Assembly (NCBI RefSeq): GCF_001194135.2
Contig: NC_068993.1
Coordinates: 19,248,954 to 19,312,953, forward strand
Length of the DNA: 64,000 nt
Direction of reading: 5' to 3'
Source: Octopus bimaculoides
Lineage: Eukaryota
Each line of letters opens with the position of its first letter. The first letter of the stretch is position 1. Position numbers and translations under genes: made by a program. This document shows, in pieces, positions 1-12,500 of the stretch. The notes below the pieces were generated by a model that worked only from the letters and a program-made list of their open reading frames with translations, had not been told where the DNA came from and searched no databases.

Positions 1-30
1 ACTACAATGGAATGTCCTTCAAAATGACTA

Positions 31-132
31 ACCCACCCACCCATCCATCCATCCATCCATCCATCCATCCATCCATCCATCCATCCATCCATCTATCCCT
101 CCATCCGTCCATACATACATACATACATACAT
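31..132. repeat. (CCAT)n/(ACAT)n tetranucleotide microsatellite
   Basis: Directly visible tandem repeat. Confidence 0.95.
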
Positions 133-578
133 ATGCAGCGTTCCCACTCAACACAAAGCAATATCTGTGGACCGTGGTTTCTGGGTTGTTTCCCTACCTC
201 AGCACAGAATAACTGCTTGGCTAGAGACGGCGCGGCTAAAATCCTGTTCGAAAATATATATAATTTTGAAAGTGACACAGAGTCACTACGTGGTCATCAG
301 TTTTGCAAAAGAGTTTTTTTTATTGTCTCTCGGTGTAGTGTTGCATGCTTACCTTTCCATGCACGCCATCGTCTCGGAAACAAAAAAATGGAATTCCACA
401 TTTTCTAGCATGCTGCTACTTTAGCTCGGTCCTCAACTGTCAAACGCTTACAAATTTCCTTATTTGGGAGTCGAATTTACTTTTGCTGAAAGCACTTTAG
501 AATTTTTTGCATCTGATCTTCGTACTTTGTTCTTCTGTGTGAAGTCTTGTGTCCAAATTGTTGACAACTGTAACGTTT

Positions 579-822
579 TTTACATTATTTACATGATTTA
601 CATTCGACGGCTATTTGTCCTCATCTTCTTTGCTAACAACGTTTCGGCTGATATACCCTCCATCCTTCTTCAGGAGTGTTGGGGAAATTTCGAAACTGGG
701 TTCTCATTCCTAAGGTATTTTTCGATGTTATTATACAGTGTTAACACAAACACTGTTTGTGCTAACAACAAACAAGATGGGGACAAATATCCGTCGAATG
801 TAAATAATATAAAGAATGTAAA
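579..822. repeat. Inverted repeat with 54-bp arms (579-632 / 769-822), possibly MITE-like
   Basis: Left arm tttacattatttacatgatttacattcgacggctatttgtcctcatcttctttg matches the reverse complement of 769-822 with 6 mismatches by eye. Confidence 0.8.
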
Positions 823-1780
823 TAATTTACATAATTCCTCATTTCTGAAATATAGAACTGTATTGCAACATTTTTGTTTTTTAAAAGGACAATATTTTCT
901 AAAATGTACGCATCGACATCTGTAACATAGATTATGACCCAGCAATCTTCTTTGGTTATACTTTCTCGGTCGACATATGTGTATTTTTGCGAAATCGATT
1001 TCTTGAATTTTTCTTACGTCGTGTTTCAGGTTCAACGTCCTTTGATACACTTCTGCAACAATCTGCAGGGTTAAATCTTTGTTCATTTGTTCAAGTTTTG
1101 CTTCGTTTATAACACGGTGATGTAAGATATGTATTACTGCTGTTCCATTACTGCTTCCAAAGAGAGGTTTGTTGCAAGAGCGCTTGTGAAGAATAAATCA
1201 AGTCTATTTGATTATTAAAAACCGTTGGTCGGTGCTAGGGACAGAGTAAGGCATGACTTACTTACAAAGCGCGCAGTGAGTAATGAGAAAAATAATTTGC
1301 TATGAATTAGTTACATATATTAATATACATACAGAAGCTTCCTTATAATAAACATTTATGATGCTACTATTTCTTTTATTTTCCAGCACTGTATTATCAC
1401 TTATTGATATATTATTCAGTGTGAGAGTTAACTGAGAAACTCGATTCGAAATATATTAATAACATATCTACGATATTATTCTTAGTAAAATGACAATAGG
1501 CAAACATTAATCTGATATATTGCTTTCTTAAAATTAAATAAATATTTTCAAAATATATATCGTCTACTGAGACGGCGATGTCATCGATCCGCATTCGCAT
1601 TCAAAAGCAGACTTATCTAATCATACACATATCTGTAAATATGAGTATGTTTTTAATTTTCTTTATCGTAGTTTGTACCCCCAGCTGGTTTTTCTCTCTC
1701 TTTCGCTGCGCCTGTCTGTCTCTTCCCATCTTTGTCTCAATATGTATCTCAGTGTGGGTTGATGTATGTACATATATATT

Positions 1781-1815
<35 letters not shown>

Positions 1816-1995
1816 GCGCGCGTGTACACATACATGCACACGCACACAACCACACACATAGAGTAACGTATCCATATATATAAATATATATATATGGATT
1901 TATATATGTGTATATCTATCTATCTATATGTACGAGTGCGTGTGTGCATATATATATATACATGTAATCATATATTCATATATACATATATACAC

Positions 1996-2041
<46 letters not shown>

Positions 2042-3170
2042 NNNNNNNNNNNNNNNNNNNNNNNNNNNNNNNNNNNNNNNNNNNNNNNNNNNNNNNNNNN
2101 NNNNNNNNNNNNNNNNNNNNNNNNNNNNNNNNNNNNNNNNNNNNNNNNNNNNNNNNNNNNNNNNNNNNNNNNNNNNNNNNNNNNNNNNNNNNNNNNNNNN
2201 NNNNNNNNNNNNNNNNNNNNNNNNNNNNNNNNNNNNNNNNNNNNNNNNNNNNNNNNNNNNNNNNNNNNNNNNNNNNNNNNNNNNNNNNNNNNNNNNNNNN
2301 NNNNNNNNNNNNNNNNNNNNNNNNNNNNNNNNNNNNNNNNNNNNNNNNNNNNNNNNNNNNNNNNNNNNNNNNNNNNNNNNNNNNNNNNNNNNNNNNNNNN
2401 NNNNNNNNNNNNNNNNNNNNNNNNNNNNNNNNNNNNNNNNNNNNNNNNNNNNNNNNNNNNNNNNNNNNNNNNNNNNNNNNNNNNNNNNNNNNNNNNNNNN
2501 NNNNNNNNNNNNNNNNNNNNNNNNNNNNNNNNNNNNNNNNNNNNNNNNNNNNNNNNNNNNNNNNNNNNNNNNNNNNNNNNNNNNNNNNNNNNNNNNNNNN
2601 NNNNNNNNNNNNNNNNNNNNNNNNNNNNNNNNNNNNNNNNNNNNNNNNNNNNNNNNNNNNNNNNNNNNNNNNNNNNNNNNNNNNNNNNNNNNNNNNNNNN
2701 NNNNNNNNNNNNNNNNNNNNNNNNNNNNNNNNNNNNNNNNNNNNNNNNNNNNNNNNNNNNNNNNNNNNNNNNNNNNNNNNNNNNNNNNNNNNNNNNNNNN
2801 NNNNNNNNNNNNNNNNNNNNNNNNNNNNNNNNNNNNNNNNNNNNNNNNNNNNNNNNNNNNNNNNATATTTTATTTTATTTATGCATACACGCACACATAC
2901 ATATACACACGTACATATACACACTTACGCACAAATACACGTACGTGCACACATATAAACGCATATATACTTCCCACACATACCACACACGTACACATGC
3001 ACACACATACATGCACGCAGACACACACACATAAACACACACACAAACGCGCATACATACACGCACGCACACAGGAACGCACATATACCTCCACACAAAA
3101 AGCGCACACATACATACACACTCATACATATACGTACGCCCACACACATACATAAACAGGTACACACATA

Positions 3171-4335
3171 CAGGGGTTGGACAAAATAATGGAAAAACCA
3201 AGCATCATAGCATCATAATTTTGAAATATCTATAAAACCGTCAAAAGCTTGTTTATTTTTATGTTTTTTGATTCATCATTAGTGTTGCTTAATATGTTTT
3301 ACTAAAATTGCTGTTTCTTTTCAGATATCATCAAAAAAGGTAATTAAAATTCATTAAAATAACAGATCCATCGGACTTTCAAAGAGGTCAAATTGTTGGT
3401 GCTCGTATGGCAGGCGCTAGCGTAACAAAATGTTTGGTATATCAAAAAGTACTGTCTCGAAAGTAATGACAGCCTTTGAGAAAGAGGGTAAAACCTCCTT
3501 NNNNNNNNNNNNNNNNNNNNNNNNNNNNNNNNNNCTAATGACCATCTCAAGAACCCAGTTTCCACAAAAGCTGTTCGCCGGGAGCTGCAGAAAGCCGGAT
3601 TTCACAGGAGGGCTGGAATCAGAAAACCGCTACTTTCAAAAACAAGCGTTGCAAGGCGTTTAGAGTGGAGTAAAAACCTGCAGAATTGGTCCCTAGAGCA
3701 GTGGAAGAATGTTATTCTCTCAGACGAGTCATCCTTTACCGAGTATACGTGTGGAGACACCCAAAAGAAGCATTTGACTCAGACTGCCTTCTTCCAACTG
3801 TTAAACATGGAGGAGGGTCTGTGGTGATCGGTGGGAGGGGGCTATATCTTGAAGTCCGCCGGCCCAATGGTTTCCCTTCGTGGCAGACGTAATAGTCAAG
3901 ACTATTTAATCAAATTCATCTGATCAAATTCTTCCTATAGTTGCGGAACTGTTTCTGGAGGGAAACGCAATCTTTCAGGATAAAACATCAATTCACACAG
4001 CTAATGTTGTTACTGAATGACACAAAGAACATTCTACTGAAGTCGAATATCTTATCTGGCCACCACAGTCCCCAGATCTCAACATTATTGAACATTTAAG
4101 GTGCACTTTAGGAAAACAAGTAAGGAGTTGATATCCTCTACCATCATCACTACAAGAACTGGATACGGTTTTAGCTGAAGAATGGACGAAAATTGCTTTG
4201 GAAACAGTTCAAACTTTGTACGAGTCCATACCTCGTAGAAGTCAAGCTGCAATTACTGCCATAGGCGGTCCTACCCCATATTAAAATAAATTTGTTGAAA
4301 TTTTAGGGTGTTTCTATTATTCTGTCCAACTCCTG
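3171..4335 (+). mobile_element. Tc1/mariner DNA transposon (Tc1, DD34E-like), TIR-bounded, transposase pseudogenised
   Basis: Left TIR caggggttggacaaaataatggaaaaacc at 3171; right TIR ggtgtttctattattctgtccaactcctg ends at 4335; TA on both sides (3169-70, 4336-37). Frameshifted motifs: DFQRGQIVGARMAGAS (HTH), VILSDES, PTVKHGGGSV, IFQD..IHTA, WPPQSPDLNIIEHL. Confidence 0.95.
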
Positions 4336-4739
4336 TACTTCAAACTGCCATTCCTCTATGCACATGTGAAGAGACACACAACTACACAAAGGACCACCAC
4401 TCCTGTTACCATGCTGCTGAATTTTTCCTACAGCATTGAGACACAAAGTTCACTCACACATACACATATAAACAGCCAACACCACACAAGCACCACACAT
4501 ACAACACATACACATACATACATACACGCAGGCTACTACTACTACACACACACACACACAGACTTGGGCGCACGCACATACCCAGACATACACACACATA
4601 CCTCCTTCTTTTACACTCTTCTGTCTTAGAAAGTATTTTTTCTTCACCCATTCCCTTCCGGTCATTTCAAAACGTAATCACATGCGAATCGTTGGAGAGC
4701 TTTTTCGTCCGTCTTCCATTTCAGTTGAACTTTTCTCCT

Positions 4740-4774
4740 GTTTCTGAAGAAGATCTTTGCTCAAAATATAAAAC
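4740..4774 (+). ncRNA. Decayed minimal type-I hammerhead ribozyme-like motif
   Basis: gttt-CTGAAGA-a-gatc-ttt-gctc-AAAA-TATA-aaac. It differs from gttt-CTGAAGA-a-gagc..gctc-GAAA-CGTA-aaac by three CpG-type transitions and one stem II change; stem I gttt/aaac is intact. Confidence 0.45.
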
Positions 4775-4928
4775 CACCTTTCTTTCCTTCCTTGAGTGTC
4801 TGCTAATACTTTACATTTACCACGTCCTCACGTTGTTTCTTTTTTGTGTTCTTAGATTTTTTTGATTTACTATACTTATATATATATATATATATGTATT
4901 TATTTACATATTTGCAAATCTCTCTCTT

Positions 4929-4987
<59 letters not shown>

Positions 4988-5210
4988 GTATATATATATA
5001 TATATGTACAGCAATAAGAAAATGGAGGAGAGCAAGAGGTGGTATTCATCAACTTTTAGACATTATATCATGCCTATTTATTTTTTAAAAAGATAATTAT
5101 AGCAATATACATTCATGTTTAACATATTATCCTTTACATATATACTATATATGAAATATAAAAATACCAGTAATTATTAAAATATATAACATAGAGCATA
5201 GAAAGTAGGA

Positions 5211-5340
5211 TAATATCTTACAGCTGTTTCAGCCAAGGGCCATAGTATCCCATTCTACTTTTATCTCTCTAGTGAACTGAAATATTTTGTAGATAAGATT
5301 AAGGTACTTGGGTGTGTCTCTGGGCTTCGTCAGAGGGTTT
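5211..5340 (-). ncRNA. Hammerhead ribozyme-like motif with long loop II
   Basis: Minus strand: CTGACGA-AGCC-(about 88 nt)-GGCT-GAAA-C-AGCT-GTA. The core is intact and stem III is the palindrome ACAGCTGT; stem I is weak (2 bp proximal). Confidence 0.55.
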
Positions 5341-6850
5341 AGAAAGTTCGTAAGGTTAAGTTATAAATATAAATACATGCATATACACAAAGTTTTACAT
5401 ATACACGCATATACAAGATATACATAAACACATATGCATATATTAATATATTAAAATGTATATGTTATTATTATTATTATCAGGAGTATTGTATTATATT
5501 ATTCTTATTAGATAAAGTATAAACAGAGGTAGGAGAAAGTTATTAAAAGAGAAATAATAGTGAAATTTAAAAAAATCAATGTATCTTAAGATTATTGTAT
5601 TTACATAGAAATGAAAAGGTATATACATGAGGAATANNNNNNNNNNNNNNNNNNNNNNNNNNNNNNNNNNNNNNNNNNNNNNNNNNNNNNNNNNNNNNNN
5701 NNNNNNNNNNNNNNNNNNNNNNNNNNNNNNNNNNNNNNNNNNNNNNNNNNNNNNNNNNNNNNNNNNNNNNNNNNNNNNNNNNNNNNNNNNNNNNNNNNNN
5801 NNNNNNNNNNNNNNNNNNNNNNNNNNNNNNNNNNNNNNNNNNNNNNNNNNNNNNNNNNNNNNNNNNNNNNNNNNNNNNNNNNNNNNNNNNNNNNNNNNNN
5901 NNNNNNNNNNNNNNNNNNNNNNNNNNNNNNNNNNNNNNNNNNNNNNNNNNNNNNNNNNNNNNNNNNNNNNNNNNNNNNNNNNNNNNNNNNNNNNNNNNNN
6001 NNNNNNNNNNNNNNNNNNNNNNNNNNNNNNNNNNNNNNNNNNNNNNNNNATATATATACACATATATTTACGTACAAACATACCTATATGTGTACAGAAG
6101 GTAGTATTATTGCAGCAGTTCGTATTATTCTTTTTATATAGTTATAATAATTATACACAAACACATATATATTCTTATAAACATGTGATATGTTTTCTAT
6201 TGAGGGCTTTAGACAAAAGTCCACAGTAAGTGGGTTAGAGTTTATATTAATACCTGTGATATTAGTTGGCGCTACAAGTCGTAAATTTCCGAGTATTAAT
6301 GTGCCACGCAGATTAGAGTAATTTAGTAGGGATGCACGCATTTTACCACACGGGGATGCCTACACCTGCCACGTTTATATCTCACAAGCATATCCGTATG
6401 CTTAATTTAGATTTATTCAAATTTGCTATCATTGAAAATTCCATAGTTATCTTATTAACTTTCTGTAATTTAAAACTGAGCAGCTATCAACAACTATTTT
6501 CATCCCTAACGTTCATTTGTGCACTGCATTACCATGCGTTGCTATGGATCTTTGTAAATGCAAGATCAACCGACCAGCGAGGAAGTGATTTTGCGTGTCT
6601 ACTGTAACAAGTTTATTTCTGAAGTTTACAACCTTCATTTTATCCAACGGACACGCAAATAGTGCACGTTTTCAGATAGTGAAAGCTTCAAAACACCAAG
6701 CTAATGGATTCTGAATGGTTATTGTTCCAAACCAGTCATTAAGAACTAATGAGGAAAAATGAAAAAATACTTCATACTAAAGATCAAACTCGAACATACT
6801 TGAGATTGTAATATAACATGTTAAAAAGACAGCAACCAGTTTTCTATTCA

Positions 6851-6905
<55 letters not shown>

Positions 6906-7613
6906 GCATATCTAACTTTTATCGTTTATCTTTTGCACGTCGAACAAAATACTCAGTGTCATTTATCCGGCTCTTTATATTCTCTGCTCAAATACTGCCA
7001 AGGTCAACTTTGCCTTTTGTTTCTTTGTGCTTGCTTTACCAGTTAAATGCTATGGTCTATGTAACCTACTTACGCTCTCGCATTATAACTGCCGGTCTTG
7101 TGCCAAAACTTGATCGAATAACTTAGTGTAATGCATTCAAGGTATTTTACTGTTGTCAAAATGTACGTAAACACGTTCGTTTATAAATTTATCATCTCAA
7201 CGAAATACTACATTTCTTTCTCTCGACTGGGTCTATGCTGGGAAATCATATAAGCAAGACGTTTAAATTATTTAGAATAACTCTGACAGCATAAGGGAAT
7301 TGGTTATATTTTGTATTTTTCTTTTATCCAACTCTAGCTATGGTAAGTTTTAAAAGATTCATCGGCTACTTTCTTAGTTTTGTTTACTCATAAAACATAA
7401 TCTTGACATTTCGATTGGGAGGTACTTGGTATTTGGAGAGAGAAATAAAACGATACACTGTATCTAAACGAAAAATAAATAAATAAGCAACAAATTTTAA
7501 AGATATCGCTCTGTCTCTCTCTCTCTCTTTCTTTCTCTTTCTCTCTCTGTCCCTGTCTTTGCCTCTCTCTCTCTCTCTCACACACACAAAGGGTCACACG
7601 CACTCTATTACAT

Positions 7614-7676
<63 letters not shown>

Positions 7677-8015
7677 TGTCTCCTTCATTGAGCTTAGGGA
7701 TATGGGAAGGAGTTTTGTTATCTTTTGGTGAGAATATTAATCAAATTGCTTTCAAGAGATAATAGTTAATTTTAAGATTTATGATCGGTTTGAAACGTTT
7801 ATTTATTAGGGTTTTAAAGTTCATTCGAGTTCTAAAATGCAAAACATGACGCTTATGGGAAACGGGAAATGGAAATGCGATTCTGCGATATAAATGCTTT
7901 TTCATATCTTTTTTGCTGCTGGAAGTAGCCGTGGTAGTAATATTACTAGGACTAGTTGTAAGGGAGAAGAAGGAGGAGGAAAGGACAAAGAGAAGTATTA
8001 ATTTTAGTAAAAAAA

Positions 8016-8234
8016 AAGCAACGAGCTGGCAGAATCGATAGCACGCTGGGCAAAATACTTAGTGGCATTTCGTCCGTCTTTAAGTCCTGAGTTCGAATTA
8101 CGCCGAGGGCGACGTTGCCTTTCATCCTTTTGGGGGTCAATAATATACGTACTAGTCGTGTACTGGGACAGATGTAATCGAATTACCCGTCCTCAGAAAT
8201 TGCCGGCCTTGTGCCAAAATTTGAAATTAATATT
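8016..8234 (+). mobile_element. tRNA-type SINE, family A
   Basis: Matches about 10 other copies in the window (ggcgagctggcagaatcgttagcacg...gagttcaaatt...cctttcggggtcgata...ggccttgtgccaaaatttgaa); A-box-like and B-box-like motifs. Confidence 0.85.
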
Positions 8235-9096
8235 TATATTAGTAAGAAATTATTGAATGGTTGGATGGGAAATGAAGTTGTTAGGAATTTTTCCAGTGCG
8301 AAGTAATTCTCTTGAAGTAAGTTTGGAAGAAATATGCAGGGCACAGTGTAGTCGCTAAAACAAAGTAATTGAGTAAAGTATAGCTAGTATGATGGGTAGT
8401 TTTAAGAAAGCTAACTGCAGTCTTCACGTTCCAGGAAAGGGTTGCTTTTGTAGTCGAGCAACAGTGATATGTATAGAATTCAGGCTGAGAATTACAAGTT
8501 CCTGAAGGGTTCAGAGAGTGTTTTGTTGTTTCATCAGGTCACGGATCTATGTATTTTACAGTTCAGAATAAAAATACTTCAGTGGCCCAGATATCAGTGC
8601 AGTATTCTAACCTTCTAATATAATAATGAGCGTAGTGTTTTTATATATTTCTATATATATTTATCCGAAATCACGCAGTAGGAGGGAGTGAGAGAAAGAG
8701 TAGTATAAGTTGAGGGAGAAGAGAGAAAATAGTAACTCAGTGAAAGAGAAGCAGTAAGAGTAATAGCCATGACTGAGAGGGAGTGAGTGAAAGTAATAGC
8801 AATGAGAGAGAGGAAGTAGCAAAAAGAGCGTCGTCATTATATATGCCTGAAGATGCTTCCCGATAAAATAGGGTTAATGGACACTCAGAAGAATCATTTC
8901 ACAGGTAAAATGTTTTGTTTACATTTGATGAAGATTATTTGCTCTAATATTTCGGTTCCAATGCGTGTATGTATATTTTCGGTATACATTGTTTGTTATC
9001 AGTTCACTGATAATTGTAGTTATAAGTAAGTAATCCCATAACTTATTTACGGTATATAGTGTTTATTGTCCATTCACTGATACTCTTTCTTCTGCT

Positions 9097-9563
9097 ATGG
9101 AGAATGAAACTGACACAAGGTGACTATTAACCAGAGAGAGAGACAAAGACGAAGAACAGCCAGTCTCACTGAAGAAGAACTGGACGTGAGAAGATTACAA
9201 AAATAGAAGATTTAAAAAATATATTACATCAATCACAAGAAGTGAGACGAGAGAAGATCACAAAATGCAAAGCGACATGTTCGAAGACATCAAAATGAAA
9301 AGGAGAACCTCATCCAAAGATGAGAGCAGCATAAAAGTTCCAAGATGAAACAGAACAGCAAGCAGCAGAGAGGAGAGACGATCTAAGAATAAGAGTATCA
9401 CAAAGGCACCAAGATGAACCGGAAGAGCAAGCAGCAGAAAGGAGAATAGATCTAAGAATGAGAGTATCGCAAAGGTGACCAGATGAAACGGAAGAGCAAG
9501 CAGCACAAAAGAGAGAAACCGAAAAGGCGTCAAAGTGAAACGAAAGAACAAGCAGCGGGGGGG

Positions 9564-9616
<53 letters not shown>

Positions 9617-11260
9617 AAGAATTAAACTGAAGAAGAAGAAGCAATATTCGCAGAGAGCGAATGAGAAGATAAAAGAATTAATTAACACTGAAACGGAAGA
9701 ACGAAGAAATAATCAAAGGTAGCGGAATGCGAACGCCATGAGAATTGTGCGAAAAGTTGGAAATCATGTAAATTTAGTAAATAATCATATTTATAATGAA
9801 AAGAATGTTCAGGCTCATGAGTGTGGTGACATATATTGGGTCAGTTTTGTAGAGCCAAATGATTTGCTTCGGAGCGACTATCTGTTGGTGCCATAAAAGG
9901 AAAGTCCTGCCTCCAATTAGAAGAGAATTTCCTCCATACTGACGATCGCTGTTGTCAGACCCGCAGCATCCACATTATGGTAACTTCGAAGAAAACATAA
10001 GTTCATACAACTCTGCTCTATTCTTCGCAACTATTGGCGCGCACATTGATGACCCACAAGGAAGAGGTCCATTTTGCTTCAGAGGGCACGGCCAAATTTA
10101 TCATAGGACTTCACGCATGCATCCTGTTGAGGGCCAACAGAGGCAATTTGCGCAACTGGATGTTGTTGACAGCGTTCAAGCTACCGCAGTGAGGGCTCTG
10201 AATGCAGATCCCTTCAGATTTATCTAAAACATGAAAGCAGGCTTGCCTATTTATTCTTGATGAAGCATTAATGTTATTATGCAATGCTCTGAGAGCCATT
10301 GATCTGCTGCTGAGGCAAACAATGAATTCGCTCAGACCATTCCGTTGGAAAGTGCTGCTACTTGGTGGAGACGTCAGACAAACTGCGCCTGTCATCCCAA
10401 AAGGATCCAATGCAGCAATTTCCTCTCTGGCATTTCGTAACAAAACTCAGTTGACAGAAAATATGCACATGGCAGGACAAGATGACTTCAACAAGTGACT
10501 CTTAGAGGTTGGAAACGGAACACTCCAACAATGAAGCGCTGGAAGAAAACCTCATAGAAATTCCCCAAAACATGGTATCTACAAATAACATTATTAGAGA
10601 AGTTTGGGGGAAAAATTGTTACTAGACAATGATGAGATAGTTGAAAGAGTGTCGTCGACAATAATTTTGACACTTAAAAACATTGTCTTTACATAAACAC
10701 TGACATAATGCAGAACGTTGACACCCATAGCTGAAGAAAATAACGAAACTGTTATACATTATCTCGTGAAGTTTTAAATTCAGTGACGCTTTCTGGGATG
10801 CCACTTCACATGCTTACCTTGAAGAGGCATTCGATAGTCATGTTGCTAAGGAACTTGAACCCAATGAGAGGTTTACTCAATGGAACCCGGATCTTAGTGC
10901 TGTCTATGAACGATTTTTTACATTCATGAAAAAATACTTAGTGAAAATAAAAAAGGAGAGGAGACCTTTATTCCGCGCATCAACCTCCGTCTCAGTGAGA
11001 CAACCCTTCCCTTTAGTATGAGTAGACGACAGTTTCCTGTTATCCCAGCATTTGCAATGACAATAAACAAATGACAAGGGCAGAGCTTCAGTAGTGTTGA
11101 CATCATCCTACCATCACCAGTATCCAGCTATGGACAACTTTATGTTACATTGAGTAGAAGTAGAAGCAGTAATAATATTAGAATGTTGGTAAAGGACCAT
11201 CCAAAACAAGGCGAACTCATTGATGTTGAAACAGTTACTAAGATAAAGGTTGTAATCTTT
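9097..11260 (+). mobile_element. Degenerate Helitron Rep/Pif1-helicase relic with internal deletion
   Basis: Charged N-terminal repeats (RQRRRTASLTEEELDVRR); Zn-finger-like CCHKGKV-type segment at about 9885; Helitron N motif NISSYNSALFFATIGAH...GPFCFRGHGQIYHR...FAQL; Pif1 motifs LDEA, LGGDVRQTAPVIP, IVMLLRNLNPMRGLLNGTR, RRQFPVIPAFAMTINK.QGQS, GQLYVTLSR. Many stops and frameshifts. Confidence 0.93.
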
Positions 11261-12279
11261 TAATTTTAATTTTATTCTCCGTATAATTTTCATGCCTTCA
11301 TATTTGATGGCACAGGAACACAAGTATAGAATACAATTTGTATAACGCCTGCAATCGGTTCGGAGTGAACTACTTGCCAATCTTCAATCATTAGCCTTAT
11401 TTAGTCAGGATACTTAGTATATATGTTCTGGTAGTTATAGCGGTGCTAGTTGGTGGAAACATTTCCGTTTGTGTTGCTGCCGTGTGTGTTGTGCTGGAGT
11501 GGTTTTTTTTTTGGGTTGTAGCTTTGCCATACTTCATTCATATGCCACACAGTATTGACGGTTCTAAAACATGGAACATACTCTGTATTTCACATATTGT
11601 AAGTTAGTAACTTTTAACTCAGTAACCTGCGATTCAAACGATTTTAACCGCTATTTCTCGCAGATTGAATTACAGCGGAGATATTAACTTAATACTGGTT
11701 GTTTCAGTAGTTAATACTTATAGAAAATTAAACNNNNNNNNNNNNNNNNNNNNNNNNNNNNNNNNNNNNNNNNNNNNNNNNNNNNNNNNNNNNNNNNNNN
11801 NNNNNNNNNNNNNNNNNNNNNNNNNNNNNNNNNNNNNNNNNNNNNNNNNNNNNNNNNNNNNNNNNNNNNNNNNNNNNNNNNNNNNNNNNNNNNNNNNNNN
11901 NNNNNNNNNNNNNNNNNNNNNNNNNNNNNNNNNNNNNNNNNNNNNNNNNNNNNNNNNNNNNNNNNNNNNNNNNNNNNNNNNNNNNNNNNNNNNNNNNNNN
12001 NNNNNNNNNNNNNNNNNNNNNNNNNNNNNNNNNNNNNNNNNNNNNNNNNNNNNNNNNNNNNNNNNNNNNNNNNNNNNNNNNNNNNNNNNNNNNNNNNNNN
12101 NNNNNNNNNNNNNNNNNNNNNNNNNNNNNNNNNNNNNNNNNNNNNNNNNNNNNNNNNNNNNNNNNNNNNNNNNNNNNNNNNNNNNNNNNNNNNNNNNNNN
12201 NNNNNNNNNNNNNNNNNNNNNNNNNNNNNNNNNNNNNNNAAATGGTGATTAAAGATAATTAAAAATTGAATAGAAACAA

Positions 12280-12294
12280 CGCTGCTGCTGCTAT

Positions 12295-12332
<38 letters not shown>

Positions 12333-12333
12333 T

Positions 12334-12385
<52 letters not shown>

Positions 12386-12413
12386 GCTGTTGCTGCTACT
12401 GCTATTTCTGCTG

Positions 12414-12470
<57 letters not shown>

Positions 12471-12500
12471 TTACTTCTACAATTACAGCAACTACTATTA
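12280..12500. repeat. (TAC)n/(TGC)n compound trinucleotide microsatellite
   Basis: Directly visible. Confidence 0.95.

Noticed and set aside
670-1086. 138-aa Cys-containing ORF with faint piggyBac/MULE-like phrases in neighbouring frames
   Set aside because: No diagnostic motif could be aligned convincingly.
1428-1460. gttaa-CTGAGAA...TTC-GAAA-TATA-ttaat hammerhead-like string
   Set aside because: Core is defective and the context is very AT-rich, so chance is likely.
1894-3034. Long ORFs in the track spanning N runs and dinucleotide repeats (also 11711, 22592, 37730, 43877-45903, 58004, 61311, 62139)
   Set aside because: Their length comes from N runs and from microsatellites translating as HT, YI, poly-S or poly-L.
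6575-6589. 15-mer cagcgaggaagtgat repeated at 37204-37218
   Set aside because: A 15-mer match is expected about once or twice by chance in 64 kb, and the flanks do not extend.
11340-11450. Possible Helitron 3' terminus (ctact at about 11370 or ctagt at about 11446)
   Set aside because: No convincing subterminal GC-rich hairpin.
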